In this document: in pieces, positions 28,481 through 43,404 of the stretch
How positions within the stretch are numbered: the stretch's first letter is position 1
Layout: every line of letters begins with the position of its first letter
Origin: the human T2T-CHM13v2.0 reference genome, Homo sapiens
Assembly: GCF_009914755.1 (NCBI RefSeq)
Contig: NC_060931.1
Strand: one strand, 5' to 3'
DNA length: 64,000 nt
Notes under the pieces: generated by a model
What the model saw: only the letters and a program-made list of their open reading frames with translations
Told to the model about the DNA's origin: nothing
Database searches by the model: none
Translations under genes and position numbers: made by a program

Positions 28481-30859
28481 CTGAAAGTCATAAAATTAGT
28501 ATAATGCAGTTCCCATCAATACACTAAGTCTTTAAGGACCTGAGTTAATAGTTTACATGAGCAAAGATTGTTAAAAGTACAGTGATTCACTACACTCATG
28601 AAAAGTGAAGCAAACAGCTACAGTTGGAAAACAGTTTTATACAGATGTTAACAAAGCATCTAAGTTATTACTTCATCTGTTACGGCAACTACTGAATTTA
28701 ATTGTCTAGTTACATTTGGCATCAAATCAACTTTTAAAAATTTGATGGTACAGAACGCTTCTTCCAGATTTACAAACAGGATGTATTTTATGGGAATTTG
28801 AGTGAAAAATTTAAGGTTATAAAATAAACTATTTTGAAGTAATTGATGGTTTCAGCACTTTATACTTAGTCAATCAGAAATATTTCTACTTCAAATTTTA
28901 AAAAGAATTAAGATCAATGAAAGCAATGAGTTAAAATGCATGAGGACACTATGAGTATTCTATTTTTAGTGTTCTGTATTCCTAATATTTTCTAAAACAT
29001 GTTGTTTTGATTCAGGATTTTACACTTCTGGAAACATTATTTTAAACTTCTCCTCTTATGTGTAACATGGGTTTTAGTAAAAGACTGAATAATTAAAAGG
29101 CAAAAATATTTTATTCATAAATAATCATATTGTTATAATCACTTGGTTTCATAAGGAGATTATTCCTTCTTATGGTGCCCTATCATGTCCTTAAACCTTA
29201 ATATTCCAGTTTTCAAATCCAAATACCAAGGAAGACAGAACATCTTACAATGAGCTCCATTTTCCAGATTAATGCACCTGAGAAACATTTTTCCTTATTT
29301 AATATCCCTTACTCATTTCCTCTCCTGTTATAGGGATAGCACAGCTGTTTATCTGGCAATTATCTTTGAATCTATTAGTGAAAATGCCTAAATTAATCAT
29401 AAAAAGACAAGTACATCACAGAGTGTGCTATGAATACAGGACCTCCTTGTATTCTTTCTGTCATTTTCACTTGTTCCATATGGCAGCATTTGTTTCTTGA
29501 TACTGTAAACCGTAAGTTTGTTTCAGATAGAGAACTTATATAGATTTATTAGACTGTACTACTTAGTTCTAGTAAGAATACTGGTTACCCCCAGCAATTC
29601 AAATGTTCTTAGTTATAGCTACAGAATAGTTCTGTGCAGTCAACAAAAAGATATCTGGGAATTGTGGGGGATGTGCGTATTTGACTTAAATAACTCATCC
29701 AGAAGTTTGACAGATTCAATATTTGGATCAATGATTAGAAAATAGCTTCCATTTAATTTAATGAACATTTGCTTGTTGTTTTTAAAATATATATGCTATG
29801 GAAAATCTAAAGATAGGGTGGTGACATGTAAACTGTCATTTAGAGAACTGAAATAAAAGGTGGAATATGGACTGTCATAGAATATAGGTAGACACCCCAG
29901 GTTGTGCCCCTAATTCATTCATTTAATCAAAGAATATTAGAATCTACAAAATGAAATTTGTGTTTTTCAACTCGTACAAATATGAGCAAGACATGTTTTT
30001 TGATTTTCTTTTTTTTGTTTTTTTTTGTTTTTTTTTTTTGCCCGCAGGAAGTTCAGTGTCTACTAGAGGCAACAGACATATAAAGATATAAATTATAATA
30101 GAAGATTAAATGATATCATTGTGACAAGAAGAAAGTCTCATTTTGTAAGGGCACAAAATGAAAAACTCTTATTAATGCCAGAACTAACTTCATAGATAAA
30201 TAACAGTAAATTTTCTAGTATAACTGATAAGGTCACACATAGATCAATGTAAAGGAAAAAACAAACAACAAATAGAACATAAGAATTATTCTCCTCAAAG
30301 GAAAAGCCTAATGCTTTTCCCAGCAGTCAGAGAAAGGGAATAAAATAAGGTCTTCAGACATGGGGATGTGTTTAGTCACAACTCACTAACAAAAATTGGT
30401 TAAGACAAAATGTCTTTCACAGTTGAGAATTCTTCTCTAGGCTCAGCCCTTAACTGATGTGAGCTGAGAAATGGTTATTATGTGTCTTGTATATTCAGGG
30501 ATCCCTAATGTTACAGAGAAAGTGGAAGAAGTCCAGCCACTCATGTTTTTGCACACATTATTTTGATTAACTATCTTTGTTTCTCACATTTACTTTATAA
30601 TTGTGTTTTTTCTATGCAGGTCTGATTGATAAATTCAGTTGTGCCTGTATTGTTAGAGGTTAAGAGTGATGGAGAACAACATACAGATGGCAAAATGGTT
30701 TTACTCACAATACAAAGGGTATTGCCTACCTAGAGCCCTGTGTTGAAAAGGACTCTGAGGACATGTGGCATAACCAATCTGCAATGAGTGAAAGAGGAGA
30801 GTAGCAGTGCAAGGGCCCCACATTTACTTTCTCTAGAAAAGAAACTGCGAGTGAAGATT

Positions 30860-31090
30860 TAAAAGTCAGGCAGACTCGGATTCCAACCTGGACTCTGTCA
30901 CTTATTAGTTGTTCTTCTTTAAATAAATTGCTTAATCTCACAAAACCACTATTTCCTTTCCTGTGAAACAGAAAGAAAAAATCATGGCACCTACTCCATA
31001 TATGCTTATAGTAATAATTAAATGAGATAATACAGAGAAAGTATTTACAACAGTACCTAGCACATATAATCACTCTATCAATATTAACTA
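30860..31090 (+). mobile_element. MIR SINE
   Basis: gtcaggcagactcggattccaacctggactctgtcactta..attaaatgagataat..agtacctagcacata. Confidence 0.8.
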
Positions 31091-33469
31091 GATTAAATGA
31101 AATATTGTTCCTAACGTGTTAGCCTACTATAAAGAAAAATTATTAATAGTCTTAGTATTATGTACAGAAATTAAAAAACAAACATCCTTCTTCTCCCAAG
31201 GAAAAACTTTTAGGTATAGATGTAGTGGTATGAGAGTAATTCACTCATTTATCCATTCATGCAATAAATACTTATTAAATACCTACTGTATCATCTTTCT
31301 AAATACTGTGGGTGAAATTGTGGCCACATTTTTGCCCTTGCGGTGCTTCTATACTCATAGAACCTTCGTCCCACAATTTTAACCAAGTTACATATAATCA
31401 TTTCCAGTGCAGAAAAACATAAGTAGCTGTTTATATATTATTCTGATATTATGGGCCTATCCATCCCGTTGCACCAAAGGTATTTTAAAAGCAGTAATAA
31501 ATGTCTTCAACATTTTGAAATTCACCTCCACAGTAATCAGTTCTATGCCAGAATGCCTGGACAAAGAGTTCTAATGTCTTCTAAGCTTTCTAATTCCCTA
31601 GAAGGACCTGACAAACCACAGTGAACTGTTTCTGCAATTTAAGTAGCAATCAGAGAGATTTGCTGAAGGAGGTCTTGAGGAGGTTCAAAACTGAATCCAA
31701 ACAAGGTCCTACATGTGTACATGGCTCTTTTTTTGGGAGGTAATTCTGAAGGCTGCTAGAGTTATAATTTCTAATGGCTTCAAAGTGTATTAATTCATCT
31801 AAACAGGAAGATTAAAGCTTTATTTTTTCTCACCCCTACATGCAGCTGATAACCACCAGATGCATGAGTTTCTAAGAAACAGACTAATGATATAGAATGT
31901 AATTTTAAATTTAGCTTTATACCTAGTTTCTGAAGACAATACAATGGATCGCTAGATGATTCACTGTAAATCCACGTTATTAAAAATTATTTTCATTTAA
32001 TAGATAGAATAGTTTAAACCACACAGATTTGCTCCTAGCAAAATAGCTGTTCTGATTTTCTCTAATTTGAAAAGGACTATTTCAGAAATAATTTGTACAG
32101 ATATTGTTTCCCCACAACTGATGATATCCAGGTATTGATATTAACTTTGTAAATTCTATTTATTAAGGAGTACTATTTGAATTCTATCAAGAGAAAATAT
32201 AGATTTCAAAATTTGTTATGCACTGTTTATAAAAGAATAAATTCAGTTATTACAGAAGAAAATCAGGTACAAAGCAGAAAAGATTCATTTGAGTATGTTT
32301 CTAATAAAATTATAAATGCTTATATTATTAACTTGAAAGTGTGGATTAAGACTACTATAGATGAACCCTCCCTTGTAAATCAATATCAATTAAAAATAAT
32401 CACCATCAGACAACCAAACCAAAGTCTGCATTGCTGTAAAAAAGGTTTGCCCTAGTGACAGATCATTGCTACAACCTCTCACGCTATTGGGTGATGTTTA
32501 CCATATGTCCCATGATTGATAGTCGAATTTAATGAGTTCTTACAAGCAATTAAATAATCAAGAGTTCCTGCTGTTACATGGCATAGCTTGATAGAACAGT
32601 GACAAATGAGAGAATATCTACAACCTAATCAAAGGGACATATTTCCTTGGGAACAAAATAATATTATCCACCAGTGCAATCAAAGGACAAAAGAACATAG
32701 AAAGGACACCAACAGAATGAGATAAATTATGTCCTCTTTTCATTATTCTGACTGCACAGTTTCCATTTATTGTGTCTTATTAAATCAGAAAGAAAATTAG
32801 GCTTGTTAAATATGTTTCACTTATCATATGTTGTTGGATGGTTCATATATATGTATACTTAATCCTTCAAGAGAAGACTATTGTTGAAAATCACTAACAA
32901 ACGGTACAATGTATTACTCTTCGCCCTCCTAAGAAAAACATATCAAGAATAAAGACTAACATGCATGCCAAAAAGTGCAAGGCAGCCTTAGGTGGTTTTC
33001 CTCAGGCCTTCCATGTTAAATGTTATTTTACTGCCCCCCCTTGGTGTTCAACCCAGGTAAATGTAACACAATTTTGTTTTTGTCAGTTCATCTGTAAGTG
33101 TAGAGTTACAATAAAAAGATCCACTGTCTTTGAAGATTCTCCACTTTAGTATTAGTTTTCCACAGTAATTTCCTATAAATTTCAAATAAAATGTCTCTAA
33201 TGCATATAATATTTCATGATACAATCGTATTCATTTCCCACATTGTTAGGAAAGTAGAGGATTATTGTTCTGTTAAATCCTGATGAAATATGAATTTTTA
33301 TATCTATTCATGATATCCCAGGTGGTGTACATTTTATGCTTCTCATGTTTGCTTTCTGATACTTAAGTAAATAAGTAAAATAATAAGAATAATGACAAAT
33401 GTTTTTTTAAAAACTACATGTTGGAAGGATACGTTTGCATATTTTATCTAAAAAAATCACATCACATGC

Positions 33470-33725
33470 ACTGGATTGCCATCCATTTTAGCAGATTGAG
33501 ACACAGCTTTTAAGAGAAGTCAAATAAAGCCTTATTTTGGCAAGAGGCAGAGTTGGGATTTGAATTCTTACACTTTTAATATAGCTCTATAGTAAAGACA
33601 AATATTCTGGAAGTAGATATGCCTGATGCTGAATCTGGCTCTGTCACCTACTAGCTGTTTGGCTTTGGGCAAATTATTTATACTTTCTGAGCCTCAGTTT
33701 CTTCAGCCAAAAAAGGAGATAATAT
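33470..33725. mobile_element. Two adjacent, oppositely oriented MIR fragments
   Basis: Minus: ccattttagcagattgag..gggatttgaa; plus: ggctctgtcacctactagctgt..ctgagcctcagtttcttc. Confidence 0.65.
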
Positions 33726-33999
33726 GCAATAACTCATCCAATATATGTAGCAAATTACTTGGTCAGTGAATGTGACTATTAGTTATTAGCTTATTCAAAT
33801 ACATATTGGCCACGTATGGGCCTGAATATACATATAAGGCTGCTCCAGCCATGGAGGAATTTAAAATTTAAATGAGAATGATGCATAATAAATAGCAGAT
33901 TAGAATACAGACTACCTAGCTGTCTTCTTTGATTATTGTAGGCACAGTGCAATGTAGGCAAACAAATTAAAACAAAAATGCAAGAAGAATGAATGAACA

Positions 34000-34477
34000 A
34001 ATCTGAGTTGGACACAGGACCATTAAGGTGGGACCGGTTAAAAAAAAATAGATCTTAAAGAATCAATAACCATGAGTGTGGTAAAGAGTGAAGTTCATGT
34101 TGGTTCATGCAAAAGGAATCACAAAGACTTGAACGTGAGTCAGAGTGTGGTAGATTCAGGGAACTGAATATCATTTAATTTGACTGCGGCTCAGAACAAG
34201 TCTCTGGGAATAGTGGATGAATGAGATAAATCATTAAGCAAAAAACAAGTCATGTAAAAACAGGCCAAAAGGTTTGCAGGTTTGCTCTTCTTCCTTAAGG
34301 CCATGGGGAACAATTGAACAATGTTTAGAATTGGAGTAAGAAGGGATCCTAGGCCAGGTGAAGTGGCTCATACCCGTAATCAAAGCACTTTGGGAGGCTA
34401 AGGGAGGGGGATAGGTTGAGGCCATGAGTTCCAGGCAATCCTGGGCAACATACCATGACCTCATCTCTAAAAAATAA

Positions 34478-34526
<49 letters not shown>

Positions 34527-35330
34527 AAATAATTAGCTGGGCATGGTAGCTCCCACCTATAGTCCCAGCTACTCAGGAGTCTGAGGCAAGAGGATTACTT
34601 GAACCCAGCAGTTCCATATTGTAGTGAGCTATGATCATGTCACTGCATTCCAGCCTGGGCAAGAGAGCGAGTCCCTCAAAAATGGAAAAGAAAGAAGGAT
34701 GCTAAAAGAAAGTCATTCAATTAGAAGTCTCTGGCAGTAATACCAGCTGGACATGATGGTGACTCACATAGGCTGTGGTACTGAGGGTGGAAGGAACTAA
34801 ACAGATTCTAGAAATTTTAAAAAATTATCATCTCGACTACATGAAGACTGGATGGGGCTGGTGTAGACTGATGATGTGTTAAGAAATACAAGAGAAACAG
34901 ATCTTCAGGGAAGGGAGACAGTATGTTAAACCTAAAAAATGCTGAATTTCTAGTAAACATCCATGCAACAATAGGCAGTGGGCAATTAGATATATAGGTC
35001 TGCAACTCCATAAAGAGATATGAACAGGAGATACAAGTTGCAGGCATGAGCATATAGATGTCCACTGACAATATGAGTAGATGAGATCATCAGAAAGAAG
35101 TAAATGTGAGAAGAAAAGATGGCTAAAGGTCGTAGCCCAAGCAATATTTAAGTGATATATAAAGGAAAAGTGGTATGAAGAATACAGGCAGTCACAGAGA
35201 GAAGGGCAGAGACAATAAAGATTGTTTTCCTAGAAGTCAGGGCAATAATGAATTTCAAAAACAACATGTTCACCACCCTCATAAAGGAGCAGAAGTGACA
35301 GGGAAGATAATATTCTACAATGAACAGTAT
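34000..35330 (-). mobile_element. LINE-2 fragment interrupted by an AluJ
   Basis: gtgggcaattagatatataggtctgcaactc..gagtagatgagatcatc. Confidence 0.65.
34352..34690 (+). mobile_element. AluJ with ~(CA)21 expanded in the central linker
   Basis: J diagnostics; degenerate TSD aagaagggatccta / aagaaggatgcta. Confidence 0.93.
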
Positions 35331-35469
35331 TATAGACCCTGTCATTAACCACTTCAGATTCTTTTGTCCTAAACTGTCTGTTGGGCATTTGGCCATTTGT
35401 ATTCTTATTAGCCATTAGGAATAGCCTATTTCTCTATGAGCTTTCTGTGGCACAAAGAACAGTAGTCCT

Positions 35470-35888
35470 GGGGCCTGGGGTTTCCTTACTGACGATAGCA
35501 CAGGGTCACTGAAACCTTTGGTGATCTCATGTGCACAATTAGGGAGTGTAGAGGAACTTAATTCCCTGTGGGCTCACTTTGACCAGTGGCAGAAAGGAGC
35601 TGATGATTATATTATTTTTCCTTCCTCTGCTTTTTTCTTGACTTCCCTGAAAATTAGTCATGTATGAGACCTCTCAGAAGATGGTGTCAGGAGACTGAGA
35701 ATTTGTGCTTGATACCCACATGGTGGTCAGGATGAAAACACATTGTCTTACTTGCTCTCACGTTTTGGGCAACATTTACTTTTTCCCCCCTTTTCTGCTC
35801 CTGGGGCAGCATTCTGGTATTCCATAATGAAGGAGTAACACTTTCTCTTGCTTCAGGCTCTGCTTTCTGAGGAAACCAGGATAAGACA
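35470..35888 (+). mobile_element. ERVL LTR (LTR16/LTR33 family)
   Basis: 3' terminus tcaggctctgctttctgaggaaaccaggataagaca; internal ctttgaccagtgg. Confidence 0.65.
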
Positions 35889-36272
35889 AGTACATATACA
35901 GTTGTAATGAAAAAGTGTAGGTCTTTCCTTTGATTTGATACCAAAAAAAAATAATATTTCTTCTCAGCTTAACATCTAGGAACCTATAGTTAAGAACATA
36001 GTTTGAAATGATAGAAGTAATACAAACTGTCATTAGAAAAAAATTACAAAAATATGTGAGTAAATTGAAAAACAAAACCAAAAGAGGACTAATGTCACAA
36101 TTCAAGAGAGTTCGAAGTAAAGACTCAGTTTTGTGGATATGACAGAGAAGAAAAATAGAAATGAGTTAGGAGACCATTTGAGAATATTAAGCCTAAATTT
36201 TCCTCAGGAACTAAAATTAGATAATATAGTCTAAAATATATAAAAGATAGACTTCATTGTCTATTTTTATGC

Positions 36273-36459
36273 TAATGGTCCTCAAAGTGTGGCAGCCAGA
36301 TGTTCAGTATCAGCATCATTTGGAAAATTGATAAAAAAGTAAATTCTTAGATTTCTACTCCAAACCTACTGAATAACAAGTTTTAGGAGTATAGCCCAGT
36401 AATCTGTGTTTTAAAAAGCCCTCTAGGGGACTCTTAACGCATAACGATTAGAACCACTG
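36273..36459. mobile_element. MER5A (hAT-Charlie)
   Basis: ctcaaagtgtgg..atcagcatca..acctactgaat..aatctgtgttttaa..agaaccactg. Confidence 0.85.
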
Positions 36460-36733
36460 CTTTTTATATCATGATCTGTTTCATTTAGAGTAAGACAAAC
36501 TAAATTAAACATTAATAGGCTACCTCCTCCATGAAGTATTCTCTGGTTTCCCAAAATTGAAATAGCCTTTCCTGCCTCTGAATTCCCAAAGCTCTTATGT
36601 ATTCATCTTTTTTGCATCATTAAAAGAAAACAAATTTTGGAACAATTAATACACTATACATGACACACTTGAGTGGTCATTATGAATTCTAACCTATCAG
36701 TTTCCCAAAAGAATCTAGGTAACTAAAGACATC

Positions 36734-39026
36734 TGATGTGGTTTGGCTGTGTCTCCACCCACATCTCATCTTGGATTGTATCTCCCATAATCCCCATGTG
36801 TTATGGAAGGGACCGAGTCAGAAGTAATTGAATCATGGGGTACAGGTTTTTCCTGTGCTGTTCTCGTGATAGAAAGTCTCACGAGATCTGATGGTTTTAT
36901 AAAGGACAGTTCCCCTGCACATGCTGTCTTGTCTGCCACCATGTGAGACATGCCTTTCCTCCTCCTTTGCCTTGTGCCATGATTGTAAGGCCTTCCTAGC
37001 CATGCGCAACTGTGAGTAGTACATTAAACCTCTTTTTCCTTATAAATTACCCACTGTCAGGTATGTCTTTATTAGCAGTGTGAGAACAGATGAATACAGT
37101 AAATTGGTGCCGGTAGACTGGGGTGCTGCTGTAAAGATAACCTGAAAATGTGGAAGCAACTTTGGAACTGGGTAACAGGCAGAGGTTGGAACAGGTTGGA
37201 GGGCTCAGAAGAATACAGGAAAATGTGGGACAGTTTGGAACGTCCTAGAAACTTGGAGGGCTCAGAACACAGGAAGATGTGGGAAAGTTTGGAACTTCCT
37301 AGAGACTTATTGAATGGCTTTGACCAAAATGCTGATAGTGATATGGACAATAAAGTCCAGGCTGAGGTGGTCTCAGATGGAGATGAGGAACTTACTGAGA
37401 ACTGGAGAAAAGGTGATTCTTGCTATGTTTAGCAAAGAGACTGGCAGCATTTTGCCCCACACTAGGAATCTGTAGAACTTTGAACTTGAGAGAGGTGATT
37501 TATGGTATCTGGCAGAAGAAATTTCTAAGCAACAAAGCATGACTTGCATTCTCTTAAATACATTCAGTTTTATTCATTCACAAATATATGGTTTGGAATT
37601 GAAACTTATATTTAAAAGGCAAGCAGAGCACAAAAGTGAGGAAAATTTGGAGCCTGACAGTGTGATAGAAAAGAAAAACCCATTTGCTGAGAAGAAAGTA
37701 AAGCCAGCTGTAGAAATTTGCATAAGTAACAAGGAGCCAAATGTTAATTGCCAAGACAATCAAGGCATGTCAGAGGTCTTCATGGCAGCCATGAAGGCTT
37801 GGAGGCCTAGGAGGAAAAAAATGATTTCGTTAGGCCCATGGTCTTGATATTTTATGCAGTCTTAGGACTTGGTGCCCTACATCCCAGCTGCGGCTAAAAG
37901 GGGCCAAGTTATAGCTCGGGCCTTGGCTTCTGAGGGTGCAAGCCCAAAGTCTTGGCAGCTTCCACGTGGTGTTGAGCATGCAGGTGCAGAGAAGTCAGGA
38001 ATTTTGGTTTGGCATCCTCTGCCTAGCTTTCAGATGGTGTATGGAAACACCTGGATGTCCAAGCAGAAATTTGCTGCAGGGGTGAAGCCCTCATGAAGAA
38101 CCTTTGTTTGGGCAGTGCTGAAGGGGAATGTGGGGTGCAAGCCCCCACACAGAGTCCTCATTGGGGCACTGCCTAGTGAAGCTGTGAGAAGAGGGCCACT
38201 GTCTTCCACACCCCAAAATGGTAGATCCACCTACAGCTTGCACAGTGCACCTGGAAAAGCCTCAGACAGTCAATGCCAGCCTGTGAAGGAAGCTGGGAGA
38301 GGGTCTGTACCCTGCACAGCCACAGGGGAGGAGCTTCCCAAGGCTGTGGGAGCCCACCTCTTGCATTAGCATGACTTGGATGTGAGACATGTAGTCAAAG
38401 GAGATCATTTTGGAGCTTTAATATTTGACTGCCCTGCTGGAGTTTGGACTTGCATGGGGCCTGTAGTTCCTTTGTTTTGGCCAATTTCTCCCATTTAGAA
38501 TGGCTGTATTTACCCAATACCTGTACCCCCTCTGTATCTAGAAAGTAACTAACTTGCTTTTAATTTTATAGGCTCATAGGCGGAAGGAACTTGCCTTGTC
38601 TCAAATGAGACTTTGGACTATGGACTTTTGAGTTAATTCTGAAATGAGTTCAGATTTTGGGGGAATGTTGGGAAGGCATGATTGGTTTTGAGATGTGAGG
38701 ACTTGAGATTTGATAGGGGCCAGAGGTGAAACAATATGGTTTGCCTGTGTCCTCACCGAAATCTCATCTTAAATTGTAGCTCCCACAATCCCCACATGCT
38801 GTGGGAGGAACCTGATGGGAACCAATTGAATCATAGGGGTGGGTTTTTCCTGTGCTGTTCTTGGGAATTAGTGAATAAATCTCATGAGATATGATAGTTT
38901 CATAAAGGGCAGTTTCCCTGCACATGCTCTCTTGCCTGCCACCTTGTAAGATATACCTTTGGGCCTTTACTTTCTGCCATGATTGTGAGGCCTCCCCAGC
39001 CATGTGGAACTATGAGTCCATTAAAC
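36734..39026 (+). mobile_element. THE1 (THE1D-like) MaLR provirus: 5' LTR 36734-37098, internal 37099-38731, truncated 3' LTR 38732-39026
   Basis: LTR tgatgtggtttggctgtgtc..gaataca; internal start gtaaattggtgcc..gtggaagcaactttggaactggg; purine tract before the second LTR. Confidence 0.95.
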
Positions 39027-40910
39027 AATGATGAGTAAGAGTACATAATGCTTGTTAAAAATATATATATAATCTAATTTCTTTAAGAAAAAATATACTT
39101 AAAGAATATTGAAAAATTGTACAATTGGACACATGAAGAATGAAAAGTAGCTGCAATTTTCTCTGACTTTTGAAATGCCTTAGACAAGATCCTAGACTAA
39201 CGGTTATTGATCATATTGAGTCAATATGAAATAGAGGGCAGTGTTTGGTTATAAGTAGGAAACAAACATAAAAACCATCAACTCTCCATTAGACACATGT
39301 GGGTTTTTCAGTTTGCTGGCCATCTGTATCTAAGTATGCATTCTGGACTACTTACTCTACCTTTAATTTATGGATCCTCAAGGAATCAAAATAGGTATCA
39401 ATATTTGCAAATCCAAAGGTTTTCAAACCTTTTAAGCAAGAAAACAGCCTTTGCTCTACCTTGTTTTTTCCTTAAAATAAAAATTTACCCGGAATCCATC
39501 TATGTAAAAGTTAAATAAATAAAATCAAGATTATTCTGGTTTCTGCCTTTCTTTCAGCAGTCTCTTCTCATTAGAGACTTCTAAGGTTAGCATAATAAGT
39601 GGGTGCTATGCAGCCACTAAGTTTAATTTTGGACAGCCTGTGAATGAGAATTTCTGTAGCCTTTCCTCAAATAATTTAAGTATATATATTAATGGGGGTT
39701 ATAGATATGGAAATATCATAGATATTATCTTCCTACATTCAAATATCTGTTATAAAACAAAGCAAATGCTACCAAAATAATATAGTTTGCACTGGAAAAA
39801 TTACCATTAAATACTGTGCTGTGGCTTATTACAATTTACAATATGCAGTGCCCTATAACTGTTTTGAGATTACATGAGAGATTTATTTTTAATATAATTT
39901 ATTGACATATTCCACTATATCAGACCTCTTAGATTACCAAAAATAATAGAGTATAATGGTTTGTGCTATTTAGTTGGGTGCATCTTAAATGGCTCAGAAA
40001 CACTCCTAACATTCCAGAGCACAAAAATACTGTCAAGAGGCAAGATATGTGGTTCTTGCACAGCAAAAATAAGACATAATGATCTAAACGCAAATCTAGG
40101 AGTACTCAATGATGTAACTCAAAAGAAAAAATTAATTGGAACTATGATATATCTGAAGATAGAAGTATGGAGAAGAGTTTTAACAGGGAGAGGAGCAAAC
40201 TCCATTGTCTAATCTTCCAAAGATATTTTCCATGTACATTAGAGAAAAGTAGTTCATGTATAGTAAGAGCAGTACAAAGGGATCAACAGCTGGCACTAAA
40301 ATATAATTCTCTTTATCTAAGATAAATGAAAGGTGAAAATACCAAAGTTCAGTAGCATTAAAATTTTTGAATCCCTCAGAATCAATAAGTTCACAAAAAT
40401 TACACACCTCATTAAATTCTACACAGATTGCAAAGCTAGCTATAATGTAAAAACAGGCAGACAGTCTGTCTCAATATTATTACAGGAAGGGTTGGTTAAA
40501 TTAATAGCTTCTCATTGATTAAAAAATCTTGCATTTTACATGTTCTTAAGTTGGTTCCCACCATTATCTTTCAATAATAGAATGAGTCTTTGGAGAAATG
40601 TGGTTATATTGAACTATTAAAATACAAAGGTAGGCAAAAGATGTTTACAATATGCTATCATTGTTTCCTGTCATAAAATGCTAACTACGTGAAAAGAAAA
40701 TATGTTTGCTTCCTATATTCTTAGTGATTTTTTATGCTTAAAATCTCCTACTGTTAAAAGTATAATTAGTCTATAATGTTAAGTAAGCATAAAACAGTAT
40801 TACTGCATCATAATTTTCCTAGGCAAGACATCATTTTGTTCAGGTAATACAGTATCTGACATTGCATGTGACAATGCCACTGAAACCTTGTCCATTTGTA
40901 CTCACTGTGA

Positions 40911-41388
<478 letters not shown>

Positions 41389-41684
41389 AAGTCTACATTT
41401 TTTAATACATATAATCCTTTATTAATTCAGTCTCCTTCTTCTCTTAAAGGTTAACAGTAGGTAATTTACCTTTCTTATTGTCAAGTTTACTGAAACACAT
41501 ATATTTATGATGTATTACTAAGTTCATTTAAATTTCAGAAGATTTATTCAATCAAAATTCAGTTGATGATATTATTATTGACAGTATTGGTCTTGTTAGT
41601 TATTCCCTTTCACTAATATCTTCAGTTAAATATGTTGCCATGTCAAAATTAATTTACTGACACTGAAGCAGCATTAAATTGCAC

Positions 41685-41980
<296 letters not shown>

Positions 41981-42096
41981 TAAATTGCACTTTTATTTGA
42001 TCATACTATATATACATATTAAATACCCTTTAAATATATATTATAAATTAATGTATTATACAACTGATATGTTAATGTAACATTATATGAATATAA

Positions 42097-42396
<300 letters not shown>

Positions 42397-43187
42397 GTAT
42401 AACGTTATTTATGTGTTACATCATGATATATTATATATTTTTTATATATGTGTATATACATATATTAAAACACTTATTTAGGGTAATTGAAAACGCAGTC
42501 TCTTAAGTTGAGATACATTTCAGCTAAAAACAATCTATTCCTTAGTTATTAAATAATAAAATTCAGTTATGAAAGATATATATATTAAATATATTTGTGC
42601 AAAGTTATGAAATGATACACTATATTTCAGTATAATTAGAAACATTTACATAAGCAAAGTCATTAAATAGAGAAGATTTAGGTAGATTAAGATTAGCTTT
42701 CTTATTCCTATTTGTAATTATGCTATACATTTGAAAAACGCATTTTAGAAACTGTAATCTTAAAAACTATAGAATTATAAAAACTGTAATTAGATCTCAA
42801 AAAATCATCTTCTTAATGTGGACATATTTATCCATAACCAGATGTTAACGTATTAAGTTTTCACATTTCTTGAATATGGAAAAAATCTATATCATCCCCT
42901 TTTTTAAGCTAAAGGAAAAAATAATGTGTTGTATGTAAAGATGTTCTATGATCTTTGACACCACTGCTTTAGTGAGGTCATTTCTCATCTACTGTGGTGT
43001 TATTGAGTTTCATGTTTTGGATTGAATAACGTCCACTCAAATTTATATAATATTTGAGTATTATACAAGAAAACTCATTATTGCAGCCCAATAATATTTG
43101 GGTTTAGTGATAATTATTACAGCTAATGTGATTGGAGCACATGTCAAATTCTTAATAACAGCTAAAGGCCACCAAATTCATGGTGAC

Positions 43188-43391
43188 ATTGAGAACACAT
43201 GGACACAGAGAGGGGAACAACACACACAACAGCCTGTTGGGAGTGGAGGGTGAGGGAAGGGAACTTAGAGGATGGGTCAAAAGGTGCAGCAAACCACCAT
43301 GGCACACGTATACCTATGTAACAAACCTCCACGTTCTGCAAAAAATAAAAATAAAAAAATTTAAAAATTAAAAGTAACGAACTTCCAAAAA
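43188..43391 (+). mobile_element. L1PA11-13-like 3'UTR stub with A-rich tail
   Basis: gagaacacatggacacagagaggggaac..gggaacttagaggatgggtc..ggtgcagcaaaccaccatggcacacg. Confidence 0.85.
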
Positions 43392-43404
43392 AAATTCAGG
43401 TGTC

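Noticed and set aside
30001-30660. Strong + strand acceptors at ~30047 and ~30619
   Set aside because: No good donor at exon distance; the first is produced by a T-tract
37148-38369. ORFs and a ~55-bp tandem duplication in the THE1 internal region
   Set aside because: Broken MaLR internal ORF; the duplication is probably a subfamily feature (not verified)
39350-39530. Minus-strand micro-exon-like signals (acatag|atggattccgg|gtaaat)
   Set aside because: Weak donor in very AT-rich DNA; cannot be distinguished from chance
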